Shown: positions 28,345 to 38,756 of the stretch, in pieces | Layout: every line of letters begins with the position of its first letter | How positions within the stretch are numbered: position 1 is the stretch's first letter | Notes under the pieces: model-generated | Told to the model about the DNA's origin: nothing | Database searches by the model: none | What the model saw: the letters and a program-made list of their open reading frames with translations, nothing else | Assembly (NCBI GenBank): GCA_963708075.1 | Contig: OY970194.1 | Span: 7,136,001 to 7,200,000 of the forward strand | From: Sedimentisphaerales bacterium | Lineage (GTDB): Bacteria > Planctomycetota > Phycisphaerae > Sedimentisphaerales > Anaerobacaceae | Direction: 5' to 3' | DNA length: 64,000 nt | Program-made: the position numbers and the translations under genes

Positions 28345-28941
28345 CTACATCTTGAGCCGGCATTCGACCACGTAATACTGAACCGGCTGTCCGGCGACCA
28401 TCTCCTGCCGCTGCGAGATGATGCGGATACTGTCGGGTCCCGGCTGCAGGGTCAGGGCCACGCGCAGCGTCCGCACGAACTGCTCGACCGCCGCTCCGCC
28501 CGAAGGCGACACCACGCCGACCATCAGCGTATAGGTAAATCGCACCTTGTCGCCGAGGCCCTGCTCCTCGCGCTTGGCCATGATGTCGGGGATGACCAGG
28601 TCCGGCGGGGTATTCTGAGCCAGGGCGGCAATGATCGGGGACCACGTGGCGTGATGACTCAGGGCCTTTTTCACTTCGGCCATGGTCGCGTTGATCTCGA
28701 TCCGGCGTTTGTCTGCCACGTCGAGCGACTCGGCAACGTCGCGTAGCTCGTGAATCTCACCGGTGTAATAGTCGAGACTGCGTTTCTGGGTGGCCAGGAG
28801 TCCGCCGTCCCGGTAATACTGGACGCCGTCCAGCGTGGCGGCAACGGCCAGGACCATGAACGCCAGAGCGGACCCGGCGGCCCACAGCGGCCGGCTTTCC
28901 GGCGGTTTGCCCGTGCCTTTTAACAGGTCAATCGTGAACAT
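28345..28941 (-). CDS. pilN: PilN-like pilus assembly protein
   Basis: N-terminal IDLL (INLLP-like PilM-binding motif), TM, coiled coil, WSPII..L....P..L.I. Confidence 0.75.
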   Translation of the reverse strand: MFTIDLLKGTGKPPESRPLWAAGSALAFMVLAVAATLDGVQYYRDGGLLATQKRSLDYYTGEIHELRDVAESLDVADKRRIEINATMAEVKKALSHHATWSPIIAALAQNTPPDLVIPDIMAKREEQGLGDKVRFTYTLMVGVVSPSGGAAVEQFVRTLRVALTLQPGPDSIRIISQRQEMVAGQPVQYYVVECRLKM

Positions 28942-30010
28942 CGCGCAGGGTCCTCAATGCCAGGCCAATAGCGACGGCGAATGCCGGCCCATGCTCGGCG
29001 GCCGGGTTCTTGCGCACGGCCCGCGTGCACGGCAGGATCGCCAGCGGGTCCCACAGCTCGGTCTTGGCCGGCAGCAGGGAAATCAGGGCCTTGGCCACCG
29101 CCCCGCTGAGGGTGGACCCGCCGCACAGGTACACCCGGTCCACGGCCGGGCTGCTCTTACGCGTCCCGTAGTAGCGGAGCGTCTCGCTGACGCGGTCGGC
29201 CAGCCCCGTGCATGCCTGGCGGACTGCCGGCTGGAGCCTCGCCCAGGGGATCTTCGATTCCGATTCCGCGGTTCCCGCCAGCGCCGCCGCCACCGCCGGC
29301 TGGGGCGTCTCGATCATCTGCGAGACCCGCGTGAGAATGTGATCGTACGCATAACTGATGTCCCGAACGAACGGCAGACCGTCCTCGGAGACGATCGCCA
29401 CGTTCGTGTAGGTGTATCCGACGTTGAGGACCATGGAGGTCTCGCCCGCCTTTAGTTGCTTGCAGGCCTCCAGGCAGTTGAGCAGGGCCAGTCCGTCCAC
29501 GTCCATGAGGACGCAGGAGGTGTCGCCCCGTTCGCAGAGGCTTCTGCGCTGCTGAATGATCATGTTGCGTGCGGCGGCGAAGAATCCGCGGATACGCTGC
29601 CCATCGGGGGGCTTGCCCCCTTTTGTGGACGGGGCCTGAAGCACGTGGTAGGAAACGGTGGCCTCGCTGACTTCGAAGGGACAGACCTGGGTGGCCTCGA
29701 GCTCTACGGCCGAGGCCAGTTGATGGCGGGGCAGGGCGGGGAACTCGAAGGCGCGGACGGCGACCTCAGGTCCGGCCAGACTGCACGCGACCTGAGCCCG
29801 GCCGCGAAGCGCGTGCAGGCACCGCCACACGGCCATTACGGTCCTCTCATCCACCGACGCCCCGGATTGCCCGGCCGGCTCGATGACGCTCTCGGCCACG
29901 CCCGTAACGGTCACGCGACTACCGCGGCGGCGAGTTCTCGCCGCTTTGACCGACGTCGTGCCGATGTCCAGTCCGATCAGCTCGGACCCACGCGACGCCA
30001 CTCCGTTCAA
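28928..30010 (-). CDS. pilM: Type IV pilus assembly protein PilM (actin/FtsA-like)
   Basis: IGLDIGTTSVK, DVDGLALLN, LNVGYTYTNV, VYLCGGS, FAVAIGLALR. Probable TTG start at 30010 after AAAGGA. Confidence 0.92.
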   Translation of the reverse strand: MNGVASRGSELIGLDIGTTSVKAARTRRRGSRVTVTGVAESVIEPAGQSGASVDERTVMAVWRCLHALRGRAQVACSLAGPEVAVRAFEFPALPRHQLASAVELEATQVCPFEVSEATVSYHVLQAPSTKGGKPPDGQRIRGFFAAARNMIIQQRRSLCERGDTSCVLMDVDGLALLNCLEACKQLKAGETSMVLNVGYTYTNVAIVSEDGLPFVRDISYAYDHILTRVSQMIETPQPAVAAALAGTAESESKIPWARLQPAVRQACTGLADRVSETLRYYGTRKSSPAVDRVYLCGGSTLSGAVAKALISLLPAKTELWDPLAILPCTRAVRKNPAAEHGPAFAVAIGLALRTLRDVHD

Positions 30011-30041
30011 CGGCGTTATCCTTTCTTGCTCAACGTCCTTG

Positions 30042-31262
30042 TTAGCCTTCCCACCAGCGCGAAATGACGAAGCGCGCCAGGAGATCATCTATACTAACGT
30101 CCTTCAGCTTCGTGTCAAAATAGAAATTTCCACTGTTTTTCAGTTCGAAGCTGTCGGCGGTGATGCTTCCGAAGAAGTCGCCGGAATTGTACAGGTCCAG
30201 GTTGGCCTCGGGGGCATACAGGCAGGCGTACGTGTTGCTCTTGGTCTTGAGGTCGATGTAGTCGCAGGTGGGCAGCCCGTAAATCCTGAGAGTACGGGCA
30301 TCGAAGTTATCATTGCCGAACCCCGTGGCATTGCCGCTGCGGAGCTGGTCGCCAATGTAGACTTCCAGGCTGGCGCCTGGCTTGACGACGATCTCGACGC
30401 CTTGGCCGAGGGTCATGATCTCGGGCACGTAGATGACGGTCGGCTCGGGCTCCGCGTGGGTCGTGTCCGGGGCAATCGAGATCACCGACCCGTTGGGGAT
30501 GGTCAGACTGCCGCCGTACTGGTATCGTCCCTGAGGCAGGGTTATGGCGCCGACCAGCGGTGGTCCGGTCGTTATCAGGTCGGTCGGGATGGGCACAGGC
30601 GGCCAGACCATTGTGTCGGGGCTGGAGCCGACCTGCCCGGAGATGGTCACGTTCTGCTTGACCTCGACGACCTGGGAAGGAGTGCCGCCGGGTCCGCAGA
30701 ACACGTCGCCGTCCACGCGGACGTTGGTCCGAAAGATCATGGCGTCGGCATCGGTGGCATTGCTACGGATCTTCATGTCCTGAGTCGTGCCGGGGCCGAC
30801 GATCCCGAAGTACGTGCTGTTCTTGGCATCGACGGTGGTGTCCACGCCGATGCCTTCCGCATAGGAATCGAGTTCGAGGATGGCGTGGATGGTCCTGGAG
30901 GCCGTGCCACAGGTGCCCGTCGAGACGATCTCATGGTATCCGAAGTTGGCCGTGACCTGGTAGCTGTACGCGCCATTCGTGCTGGGTAAGGTCCCGCTGG
31001 CCGGCCCAACCGGACCGGTCCAGTTGGTCTGGTCCTGGTGCGTCCGGATGAGCTTTTCCTGCATTCGCATGAGAGCCTCGGCCAGGCCTGCATCCGCCGC
31101 GCACCGCGCCGTCACCTTCTCCACGTCGCGAACCGCCGTGATTCGCGCGCTGTAGCCGAGCTGGATCATCGACAGGCCCAGGATGGCGATAATCACCCCG
31201 ATCGTCGTCACCAGCACCAGCGTCACCCCACGCTGCCGCCGATTATTCATTGCCCGTTTCAT
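30042..31262 (-). CDS. PilX/GspK-like minor pilin with large C-terminal beta-solenoid domain
   Basis: Class III signal RG|VTLVLV lacking Glu5; AADAGL; C-terminal LYAPEA.L......DFFGSI. Confidence 0.8.
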   Translation of the reverse strand: MKRAMNNRRQRGVTLVLVTTIGVIIAILGLSMIQLGYSARITAVRDVEKVTARCAADAGLAEALMRMQEKLIRTHQDQTNWTGPVGPASGTLPSTNGAYSYQVTANFGYHEIVSTGTCGTASRTIHAILELDSYAEGIGVDTTVDAKNSTYFGIVGPGTTQDMKIRSNATDADAMIFRTNVRVDGDVFCGPGGTPSQVVEVKQNVTISGQVGSSPDTMVWPPVPIPTDLITTGPPLVGAITLPQGRYQYGGSLTIPNGSVISIAPDTTHAEPEPTVIYVPEIMTLGQGVEIVVKPGASLEVYIGDQLRSGNATGFGNDNFDARTLRIYGLPTCDYIDLKTKSNTYACLYAPEANLDLYNSGDFFGSITADSFELKNSGNFYFDTKLKDVSIDDLLARFVISRWWEG

Positions 31263-31323
31263 CCTTCCCTTCCTTTCTTGAGCAGGTTGTAGGCTATAGC
31301 CTGTGGAAGGTGCGCCTCCAGCC

Positions 31324-31875
31324 TCATGGATTGTACCTCGTGGCGGTCATGGTGACGGGCATTTGGGTATGACCGTCGTCGATGAGCAGGGCCATGTGCA
31401 CGCACGGCCCGGACCGCCAGAATCTGGCGATGGTCACGTTATGGGCCAGGACCTGCATGCTGTCGGGCGAGCCCGGCACGCCGAGTGCACCCGATCCCAC
31501 GAGCGGGCCCTGCTCCAGGACCAGATCCGTGCCGCTGAGCGCGAACCTTGCATAGCGGTTCAGCGCCGGCGTCGTCCCCATGTTCTCGATGTTCGTGTAC
31601 AGTTGCAGCGTGATCGAGGATTCGACGGCGTACATGGGGGTACACCAGTAGGCCGACGCCTGGCGCACGATCCGGTCGAACGTGATTCGCGTGACGTAGG
31701 CCTCCGTCACGACCTCCCCGTTCACCCGGTCGTACGTCTGGTTCCACTGCTTGTGGTTGCCGGCCAGAACCCCCGCGACGGCCAGGAACAGGATCGAGCT
31801 GGCCAGCATCGCCGTCATCAACTCCACCAAAGTGAGACCGCCGGCCACTCGCCTGACTCCTCTTCGACGCCTCAT
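31324..31875 (-). CDS. PilW/GspJ-like minor pilin
   Basis: ATG 31875 after GGGAGG; MRRRRGVRRVAGG|LTLVELM N-methylation motif; DRIVRQA. Confidence 0.85.
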   Translation of the reverse strand: MRRRRGVRRVAGGLTLVELMTAMLASSILFLAVAGVLAGNHKQWNQTYDRVNGEVVTEAYVTRITFDRIVRQASAYWCTPMYAVESSITLQLYTNIENMGTTPALNRYARFALSGTDLVLEQGPLVGSGALGVPGSPDSMQVLAHNVTIARFWRSGPCVHMALLIDDGHTQMPVTMTATRYNP

Positions 31876-31905
31876 CCTCGGCCTCCCTTTACACCGATCA
31901 AACGA

Positions 31906-32062
31906 GAAATTCGAAGTTCGAATCTCGAAATTCGAAACAAGCACGAAGGGAGAATACCCCAATGACCCAAACGGACTCCTGCCCGGCTCCGCCGTTTGGG
32001 GTATTCGGTCATTTGAGCATTCGAATTTGTTTCGAATTTCGACATTCGTATTTCGTGCTTTC
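31906..32062. repeat. ~157-bp heptamer-array hairpin element (AATTCGA/TCGAATT type) between minor pilin genes
   Basis: gaaattcgaagttcgaatctcgaaattcgaaacaa...ccaaacgg pairs with ccgtttgg...ttgtttcgaatttcgacattcgtatttcgtgctttc. Confidence 0.9.
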
Positions 32063-32066
32063 TGCT

Positions 32067-32577
32067 TCATTTTTGGCTGGTCAGCTTTACGTAATTGATG
32101 TTGGCGGCGGTGTCCCACGCGCTGTAACCATTCAAGAACCCCACGCTGACGTGGATGACCCGCGGCTTCTCCGCACCCTCGGTTCTCCACCGGGTCCATG
32201 TAACCCAGCGTCGCGTAGTAATGCCTGTTGTTGAGGATCGCCTCGTAATATGTGACACCGCTGGGGCTTGTGTACAGTTCGAATCCGTCGGCCGTCACGT
32301 CCGGCCCGTCGACCGCCTCCTGGAACATGAGCTGGTCCGGAAACCGGTCGTTCGGGTCATAGGCATCCCACTCCGTGCTGCGCCAGCCCTCCAGGAGCAA
32401 CTGCCCGACCCGCGCCGCCGTCTCGTACGCGTCGCCACGCACCGCCTGCTTCACCGCGTGATATCGCACCATCAGCGCCCCGAGGATGACAACCGTCACC
32501 AGGAGGATCGAAACCGACACCTCGATCAGCGACGTGCCCGCTGCACGCATATGTCTATGATAATCAGTCGAGTTCAC
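32067..32577 (-). CDS. PilV/GspI-like minor pilin, apparent frameshift near 32183
   Basis: AAG|TSLIEV motif. The plausible C-terminus (PRVIHVSVGF...YVKLTSQK*) lies in another frame ending at 32067. Confidence 0.75.
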
Positions 32578-32589
32578 GATCCGCCTCCA

Positions 32590-33024
32590 TCACCTGTTGT
32601 CGCTCCATTGCCCGTGCTGGTCCAGGGTTTTGTCGGACCCGCCTATGCCGGCCGGCGGTGTCACTGTGATCAGATAACTGATGCTTCCGTCATCCTGGTC
32701 ATAAACGACGTCGCTCACGCTGTAATTAGCCGGCTGGAAGTACTTGCCCCTCAGGTCCACCTCGTAAACGAGGTAATCCGAGAAGTCGCCGCCGGCCGGA
32801 ATCCCAAGATGGCCCTGTCTGGTTGCGGCACAGTACGTGCGGATTCCAGTCGCCAGGGCGCCGGCGCCCGCCCGGCCTTCCGTCCATTTTGCAGCTTGGA
32901 CACGCCGCTGCATCATGGGTGCAAGTACCGCCGCCAGAATGGCCACGATCAAAACAGTGATCGCGAGCTCAATCAGGGTGAACCCACAGGAATGTGCGGG
33001 TCTGTATATATGAGCCCGTCCCAC
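32590..33024 (-). CDS. Type IV pilin, paralog 2
   Basis: G|FTLIEL; AKWTEGRAGAG; DLRGKYF. Confidence 0.9.
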   Translation of the reverse strand: MGRAHIYRPAHSCGFTLIELAITVLIVAILAAVLAPMMQRRVQAAKWTEGRAGAGALATGIRTYCAATRQGHLGIPAGGDFSDYLVYEVDLRGKYFQPANYSVSDVVYDQDDGSISYLITVTPPAGIGGSDKTLDQHGQWSDNR

Positions 33025-33076
33025 GGTTTATCCGAGCCTCCTGACCAGCGTCATCGACGTCATCTGCGCAAAGGCA

Positions 33077-33115
33077 ATCCTGTGGGGGCGACCGAAAGGG
33101 ACGCCCCCACAGGAT
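33077..33115. terminator. Strong hairpin (REP-like) after the major pilin gene
   Basis: atcctgtgggggcg-accgaaaggga-cgcccccacaggat, a 14-bp perfect stem. Confidence 0.7.
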
Positions 33116-33134
33116 GAGTCCAAAGGGCTTCGTA

Positions 33135-33536
33135 CTAGCGCCCGTCACTCCACGTGCCGGTCTGGTCGAGAGTCTTGGCATTCCCGCCGATAGCGGCAGG
33201 CGGCGTCACCGTGATCGTATAGGTGATGGCGCCCGTGGCCGCGGTGTAGCTGACATTGCTGAGCGCGTAGTCCCCGACCGCGAAATACTTGCCGGCCAGA
33301 TCTGCGTTCTCAATGCCGATGTCAGTGAATGCGGGAGCAGCAGCCTGATCGACACCCGTCTCGGCGGCCCAGGCACGCAGTGCCGTGGCAATCGTGCCGG
33401 CGCCGGCTCTGCCTTCCGTCCACTTTGCCTCGCGGATACGTCCGGTCAGCATCGGGGCCAGAACAGCGGCCAGAATCGCGACGATCAGGATGACGACCAT
33501 CAATTCAATCAGTGTGAACCCTTTGTTGTTCCTCAT
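33135..33536 (-). CDS. pilA: Type IV pilin, probable major pilin
   Basis: MRNNKG|FTLIELMVVILIVAILAA; short leader; own long upstream region and downstream hairpin. Confidence 0.88.
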   Translation of the reverse strand: MRNNKGFTLIELMVVILIVAILAAVLAPMLTGRIREAKWTEGRAGAGTIATALRAWAAETGVDQAAAPAFTDIGIENADLAGKYFAVGDYALSNVSYTAATGAITYTITVTPPAAIGGNAKTLDQTGTWSDGR

Positions 33537-33804
33537 TCTTGTACCCTTTCTAAAACCAAACCCTGAAACAACTTCTTTTACTATCACCGATGGCCTTCCA
33601 TATGCCCCCCCGGCGAGACCTCCGTATCCGCCACACAACTGTCGTTGTCTACGAATCGATTCACCACCTCCCTTTCTCTCACGGCTGATCCGCGTCCGCG
33701 TCTTTTCTCGCGCTTCGCGGCACCCTCGCCTTACCCGTTGTTCTTTGCCTCTCCTATATTGACTATCTTTGCGGCCCCACGCGGAACCACGGTTTCCTCA
33801 CTCA

Positions 33805-35022
33805 TTACTGTCCGGCGGTGACATTGCCCGACATGGAGAAGATGGGCATGTACAGCGCCAGGAGGACGACAAGGACGATCCCGCCGACGAGGACAATCAT
33901 CAGCGGCTCCAGGATGCTGATCATCGCCATCACGGTGGCGTCCACCTTCTTCTCGTAGTAGGTGCTGCTCCGGTCGAGGACCTGGGGCAGTGAGCCGCTC
34001 TCTTCGCCCACCTGGATCATCTTGACCATCAGGGCGGGGAAGATCTTGTTTGCCGACATGCTCAAGGCGATGCCGACGCCCTCACTGACCTGTTCCTTGG
34101 CACGGACCAGGACGTCCCGGATGACATCGTTCTTTGTCATGTCCTGGATGATGGCGAGGGCATTGAGGACGGGGACGCCCGAGGCGAGCAGGGTGCCCAT
34201 CGTCCGGCCGTAGGTGGCCACGAAGGCATAGCGGAAGATGTTGCCGAACATGGGCAGCTTCAGCCAGAGCTTGCTGAGTTGCCTGTGGCCCGAGGCGGTG
34301 CTGTTATATGCCATGACAAGCAGGATGAACACGGTCACGCCGCCCGCCATCCAATGTACGTTGTGGATGGTGAACTTGTACACGTCCATGAAACCCTTGG
34401 TGAAGGCGGGGAGCTTGGCCCCGAAGTCGTCGAAGATGCTCATGAACCTCGGAATAATGAGGGTCATCATGGCAACGAGGACGAGAATGACGAACCCGAC
34501 GACGAAGGCGGGGTAGGCCATGGCCTTCTTCACCTTGCGTTGGAGCTCGTCCTTGCGGTCGAAGTAGTCGGCGAGGCGGCCCAGGATGTTGGTGAGCATA
34601 CCGCTGCTCTCGCCCGCCCGGATCATCGCGCAGAACAGCGGGTTGAACACCTTGGGGTACTCGCTGATGCTCTCGTAGAAGCTGACGCCTTCGCGCATCT
34701 TCTGGGAGACTTCGCGCAGGACGGTCTGGAGCTTCTGGTTGTCGACGTCCTCGACGATCGTGTCGATGGCGTCGGTGATGGTGACGCCGCCCTCGATCAT
34801 CGTGTTGAGCTGCCAGCAGAAGGAGGCCATGTCGCTGGAGCGGATGCGAAGCCGGTGCGAACCCTTGCGGGCCGCCGCCGCCAACGCCACCTCCTCCAGC
34901 GAGACCGGGGTGAAGCTGCGCTCCCGAAGCCACAGAAGGACTTCGTTGCGCGTGTCACCCTGCAGGACGCCGCTCACCTCAGCGCCTGAGACATTTCTCG
35001 CGATGTATCGAAACGTAGCCAT
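33805..35022 (-). CDS. pilC: Type IV pilus inner-membrane platform protein (PilC/GspF)
   Basis: MIRAGESSG.L, KAMAYP, MIQVGEESGSL, LEP.MIV, LYMPIF. Confidence 0.95.
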   Translation of the reverse strand: MATFRYIARNVSGAEVSGVLQGDTRNEVLLWLRERSFTPVSLEEVALAAAARKGSHRLRIRSSDMASFCWQLNTMIEGGVTITDAIDTIVEDVDNQKLQTVLREVSQKMREGVSFYESISEYPKVFNPLFCAMIRAGESSGMLTNILGRLADYFDRKDELQRKVKKAMAYPAFVVGFVILVLVAMMTLIIPRFMSIFDDFGAKLPAFTKGFMDVYKFTIHNVHWMAGGVTVFILLVMAYNSTASGHRQLSKLWLKLPMFGNIFRYAFVATYGRTMGTLLASGVPVLNALAIIQDMTKNDVIRDVLVRAKEQVSEGVGIALSMSANKIFPALMVKMIQVGEESGSLPQVLDRSSTYYEKKVDATVMAMISILEPLMIVLVGGIVLVVLLALYMPIFSMSGNVTAGQ

Positions 35023-35098
35023 CGGTTTTCACCCTAGTTCCTAAAGCATACGATGAAACTCGCGGAGGGCAAAAAGCCTGCCCATCCGGTGGTCCTAT

Positions 35099-35125
35099 AC
35101 GGGCGGGTTTGAAACCCGCCCCTAC
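35099..35125. repeat. REP-like palindrome immediately after the pilT stop (identical to 16178-16204)
   Basis: 27/27 identity by eye; GTAG end on the minus strand. Confidence 0.85.
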
Positions 35126-35127
35126 GC

Positions 35128-36199
35128 TCAGCCTGTCTTTTTGCCTGTCGTCGGCAAGTCCAGATAATTGTTGTCGAGCCAGTCTGGATCGATCCTTTTG
35201 GCGAGTACGAGTTCTTCGACGGCCTGATCCATGGTGAACATGCCGTGCTTGCGGCCGGTCTGGATCAGGCTCTGCACCTCGTGGATGCGCCCTGGCGGAT
35301 CAGCGAGCGAATCGCGGGGATCACGATCATCACCTCGGCGGCCAGGACCAGACCCTTCTTGCCCGCCGCCGGGATCAACTGCTGCCAGATCACCGCCGCC
35401 AGCGACGCCGATAGCTGCGAGCGCATCTGCTTCTCCTGCTCCGACGGGAACATGTCGATGAGCCGGTTGACACTGGCGATAGCGCCGCTGGTGTGCAACG
35501 TGGCGATGATCAAGTGGCCTGTTTCGGCCAGGGTCATGGCCACCTGGTGCTATCGCGGTCGCGGATTTCGCCGATAACGATCACGTCGGGGGCCTGTCGC
35601 AGAACCCGTCGCAGGGCGGCGTGGAAGCTCTCGGTGTCCAGGCCGACCTCCCGCTGCTCGATCACCGAGCGGCCATGCCGGTGCACGTATTCGATGGGGT
35701 CCTCGATGCTGACGATGTGACAGGCGCGGCTCTGGTTGATGTAGTCCACGACGGCGGCAACGGAGGTGCTCTTGCCGTGGCCGGTGGGTCCGGTGAACAG
35801 GACCAGTCCCTTACGCAGCTTGGCCAGCTCCTCGATGATCGGGGGCAGGCCCAGGTCCAGGAAGCCGGGGACCTTGTCCATGACGATACGGGCGACCATG
35901 CCGGTGGAGCCGCGCTGCTGAAAGACGTTGACGCGGAAGCGGCCGATGCCGCCCAGGTGCAGCGACAGGTCCAGCTCCTTCTCCTTGCGGAAACGCTGGA
36001 TCTGGTCCTCGTTCAGCACGGACATGGCCAGCTCATCGCTGCTGCTCGGCTCCAGCGGGGTCGTGTTGGGCACCGGGCCCACTTCGCCGTGAACCTTGAA
36101 CTGCGGGGGCTTGCCCACCGTCAGGATCAGGTCGCTGCCGCCCTTGGTGGCGGCCAACTGCCGAAGCAGCTCTTCCGTTGTCACGCTGTAGGTTCGCAT
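35128..36199 (-). CDS. pilT: Retraction ATPase PilT, with two apparent single-base deletions (~35546, ~35291)
   Basis: GPTGHGKST, IEDPIEY, PDVIVIGEIRD | AETGHLIIATLHT, AIRSLIRQG | IHEVQSLIQTGRKHGMFTMDQ across three frames; stop at 35128. Confidence 0.9.
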
Positions 36200-38004
36200 G
36201 GTTCTTCCGTCAAAACCTCGGTTTCATCGTGGGGTCCTTCCGTGGAACCAGGTTCATCCTCGTCATCCTTGACAAATGCGGCCCGGACCACTTCATCAAG
36301 CGTGGTCAGTCCCCTGCAGAGCCGCCGGGTAGCGCTCTCGACCAGCCCGTCATAGTTGCGGGCCCGGGCAGTGGTCCGGATCTGGCCCTCCGTTGCGCCT
36401 TGAGCAATTGTCTCCCTGATCTCGTCGTCAACCGGCAGAAACTCGAAGATGGGCAGCCGGCCCTTGTAGCCGGTGCCACCACAGGCGCTGCAGCCCTTGG
36501 CGTCGAAGACCGTGGCGTTGGCCAGGTCCGAGGGGGAAATCCCCAGCCGGCGGACGACGTTCGGAGACAGGTCGGTGGGCTCCTTGCAGCGGTCGCAGAG
36601 CTTTCGCAGCAGGCGCTGGGCCGTCACGAGGTTGAGCGTGGAGGCCAGCAGATAGCGGTCCAGGCCCATATAGGCCAGCCGGCTGATCGTGCTGGGGGCA
36701 TCGTTCGTGTGCAGTGTTGTCAGGACCAGGTGGCCGGTCAGCGCGGCGTGGACCGCGATTTCCATCGTCTCGCGGTCGCGGATTTCGCCGATCAGGATGA
36801 TGTCCGGGTCCTGCCGCAGGATCGATCGCAGGCAGTTGGCGAACGAAAGCCCGATGTCGGCGCGGACCTGGATCTGGTTGATGCCGTTGAGCCGGTACTC
36901 GACGGGGTCCTCCACCGTGGTAATATTCTCGTGCGGGCTCTTGAGGTAGTTCAGCGCCGCATAAAGAGTTGTGCTTTTGCCGCTGCCGGTGGGTCCGGTA
37001 ACGATGATGATGCCGTGGGGTTTGGAGATGGCGTTCTTGAAGTCTCGCAGCAACTTGGGCTCGAAGCCCAGCTTGTCTATATCGTGGCTGGCCGCCTCGC
37101 GATCCAGAAGCCGCATCACGATCTTCTCGCCGTAGATGGTCGGAAGCACCGAGACGCGAACGTCGATGTCGCGGCGGGGGGCCTTGATCTTGAGCCGGCC
37201 GTCCTGCGGCAGCCGACGCTCCGCGATATCCATTCCCGACAGGATCTTTACGCGGGCGATGACAGCGCTTCGCATATGGGGTGGCGGAGGCACCATTTCC
37301 CGCAGCATGCCGTCGATACGCATGCGAATCATCATGGAGTGTTCCTGGGGCTCGATATGGATATCGCTCGCCCGGCTCTTGACGGCCTGGTTGAGCATGA
37401 GGTCCACAAATTGCACGACCGGGGCCTTGTCGGCGCCAAGCTCGCCTTCAATGTCCGGGGCGTCCACCTGATCGGCGTTGGCGTCGGCCTTGGCGTCGGG
37501 CTCCTCGGAGCCGGCCAAGCCGTCCACGAGATGGCGAATCCGTTTTTCCTGGGCATGCGAGCCATGGTAGATGACGTCGATGGCTTCCTGGATTTCGCGC
37601 TCGCTGGCCAGAGCGGGTTTGACCTCAAGGCCGAAAAACTGGCTGACGGTGTCCCGGGCCACCACGTCCAGCGGGTCGGCCATCGCCACCTGCACGGTGT
37701 CATCGGACTTGCCCAGCGCCACCACCCGAAACCGCGTGGCCAGCCGCTCCGGAAGCGAGTGCGCCACGTCCATGCTGACGCTCGTCAGATTATCGGCCGA
37801 CCATCGTTCAACGCCGAGGTAATTGGCCAGGGCCGTGGTGATCTCGGCCTCCTTGAGCAGATTCAGCCTGCCCAGGGCCTCACCGAGCCGTCCCCCGTTC
37901 TGCTTCTGGTCCGCCAGCGCCGCGGCGATCTGGAGACCGTCCAGAAGCTTGCGGCCCAGCAGCCACTCGCCAAAGCGGACGTGCTGAATCTCCGTGTTTG
38001 CCAT
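36181..38004 (-). CDS. pilB: Extension ATPase PilB/GspE
   Basis: ASDIHIEP, RLPQDGR, GPTGSGKSTT, LRQDPDIILIGEIRD, tetracysteine CDRC/CSAC. Confidence 0.95.
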   Translation of the reverse strand: MANTEIQHVRFGEWLLGRKLLDGLQIAAALADQKQNGGRLGEALGRLNLLKEAEITTALANYLGVERWSADNLTSVSMDVAHSLPERLATRFRVVALGKSDDTVQVAMADPLDVVARDTVSQFFGLEVKPALASEREIQEAIDVIYHGSHAQEKRIRHLVDGLAGSEEPDAKADANADQVDAPDIEGELGADKAPVVQFVDLMLNQAVKSRASDIHIEPQEHSMMIRMRIDGMLREMVPPPPHMRSAVIARVKILSGMDIAERRLPQDGRLKIKAPRRDIDVRVSVLPTIYGEKIVMRLLDREAASHDIDKLGFEPKLLRDFKNAISKPHGIIIVTGPTGSGKSTTLYAALNYLKSPHENITTVEDPVEYRLNGINQIQVRADIGLSFANCLRSILRQDPDIILIGEIRDRETMEIAVHAALTGHLVLTTLHTNDAPSTISRLAYMGLDRYLLASTLNLVTAQRLLRKLCDRCKEPTDLSPNVVRRLGISPSDLANATVFDAKGCSACGGTGYKGRLPIFEFLPVDDEIRETIAQGATEGQIRTTARARNYDGLVESATRRLCRGLTTLDEVVRAAFVKDDEDEPGSTEGPHDETEVLTEEPCEPTA

Positions 38005-38660
38005 CGTGCTACTCAAGTGACCCGCCTTACCACCGATAGGGGAAACAAAGCCGTCCCTGCCAGGTTCTTTCCCCGGGTTTCCGAGTCATCTCGTTCCATG
38101 AGATTTGCTGTTGATGAGACGCATTGCGCATCACGCCGGCCGTCACTGACGCGACAGAAGCGCCTTACCAGGGCACTCTCGAACCAAGTCGAGCAAACGC
38201 CATCCGGACTTATCCGTTCCTCTGCCAATTGTGCCTGAAACCTGTTTTCACGTAGAATGGGCAATCACAGACCTCCGAAGCGGTTCATAACGCGGGCTGG
38301 GCCTGCCGCCGCATCTGCGAAGCATATCGTCTGGAATCTCGATCAGGTCTTCGGGTAACCATTGCTCCTCCGGTCTGTCTGCGCCTACCTTTCTTGTCCC
38401 GCCGGCAAGGTTTTCACCCGGCCCGGGCCTTTGCCATAACACAGTTGCTTTTTCGACCAACACTGGCACCTCCATCGGGAATGTTGCCGTTTTTTTTGCG
38501 AAACCAGGTGTCGAGTGCGGTTTTTCTGCTCGGGATTGGCGACATTGCTCTCGATGCCGCATACTTTCACGATGGGCGCGGTCCCATAAGAAACGGTCTG
38601 ATAGCAGAAGATGGTGCGTTGCTGCGTGTGACCTTTGGCAGGCTCCTGGATCCGAAGAGA

Positions 38661-38756
38661 GATCAACAGTCAAACCTCAAAAATCAAAGTGGTGGAATCG
38701 CCTGTGGCGACGCTTCCTTACTCTTGATCTTTGAGATTTGATTCTCGATCTTCAAT
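38661..38756. repeat. Heptamer-array hairpin element, TCAAA/TTTGA family, copy 1
   Basis: Arms of NNTCAAA and TTTGANN units around core gtggtggaatcgcctgtggcgacgc. Confidence 0.9.

Noticed and set aside
31324..32577. 417-aa ORF appearing to be a double-pilin fusion
   Set aside because: It results from a frameshift in the pilV-like gene plus read-through of the hairpin element. The second pilin has its own RBS and ATG at 31875.
33070..33115. GGCAA...GAAA GG GACGC resembling a c-di-GMP-I riboswitch
   Set aside because: It is antisense to the pilin operon, lacks the GCAAA receptor and P3 stem, and is explained by a simple hairpin.
32590..33536. Pilin antigenic-variation cassette or DGR template/variable repeat
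   Set aside because: Both genes are complete with N-terminal motifs, the differences are not adenine-specific, and no reverse transcriptase is present.
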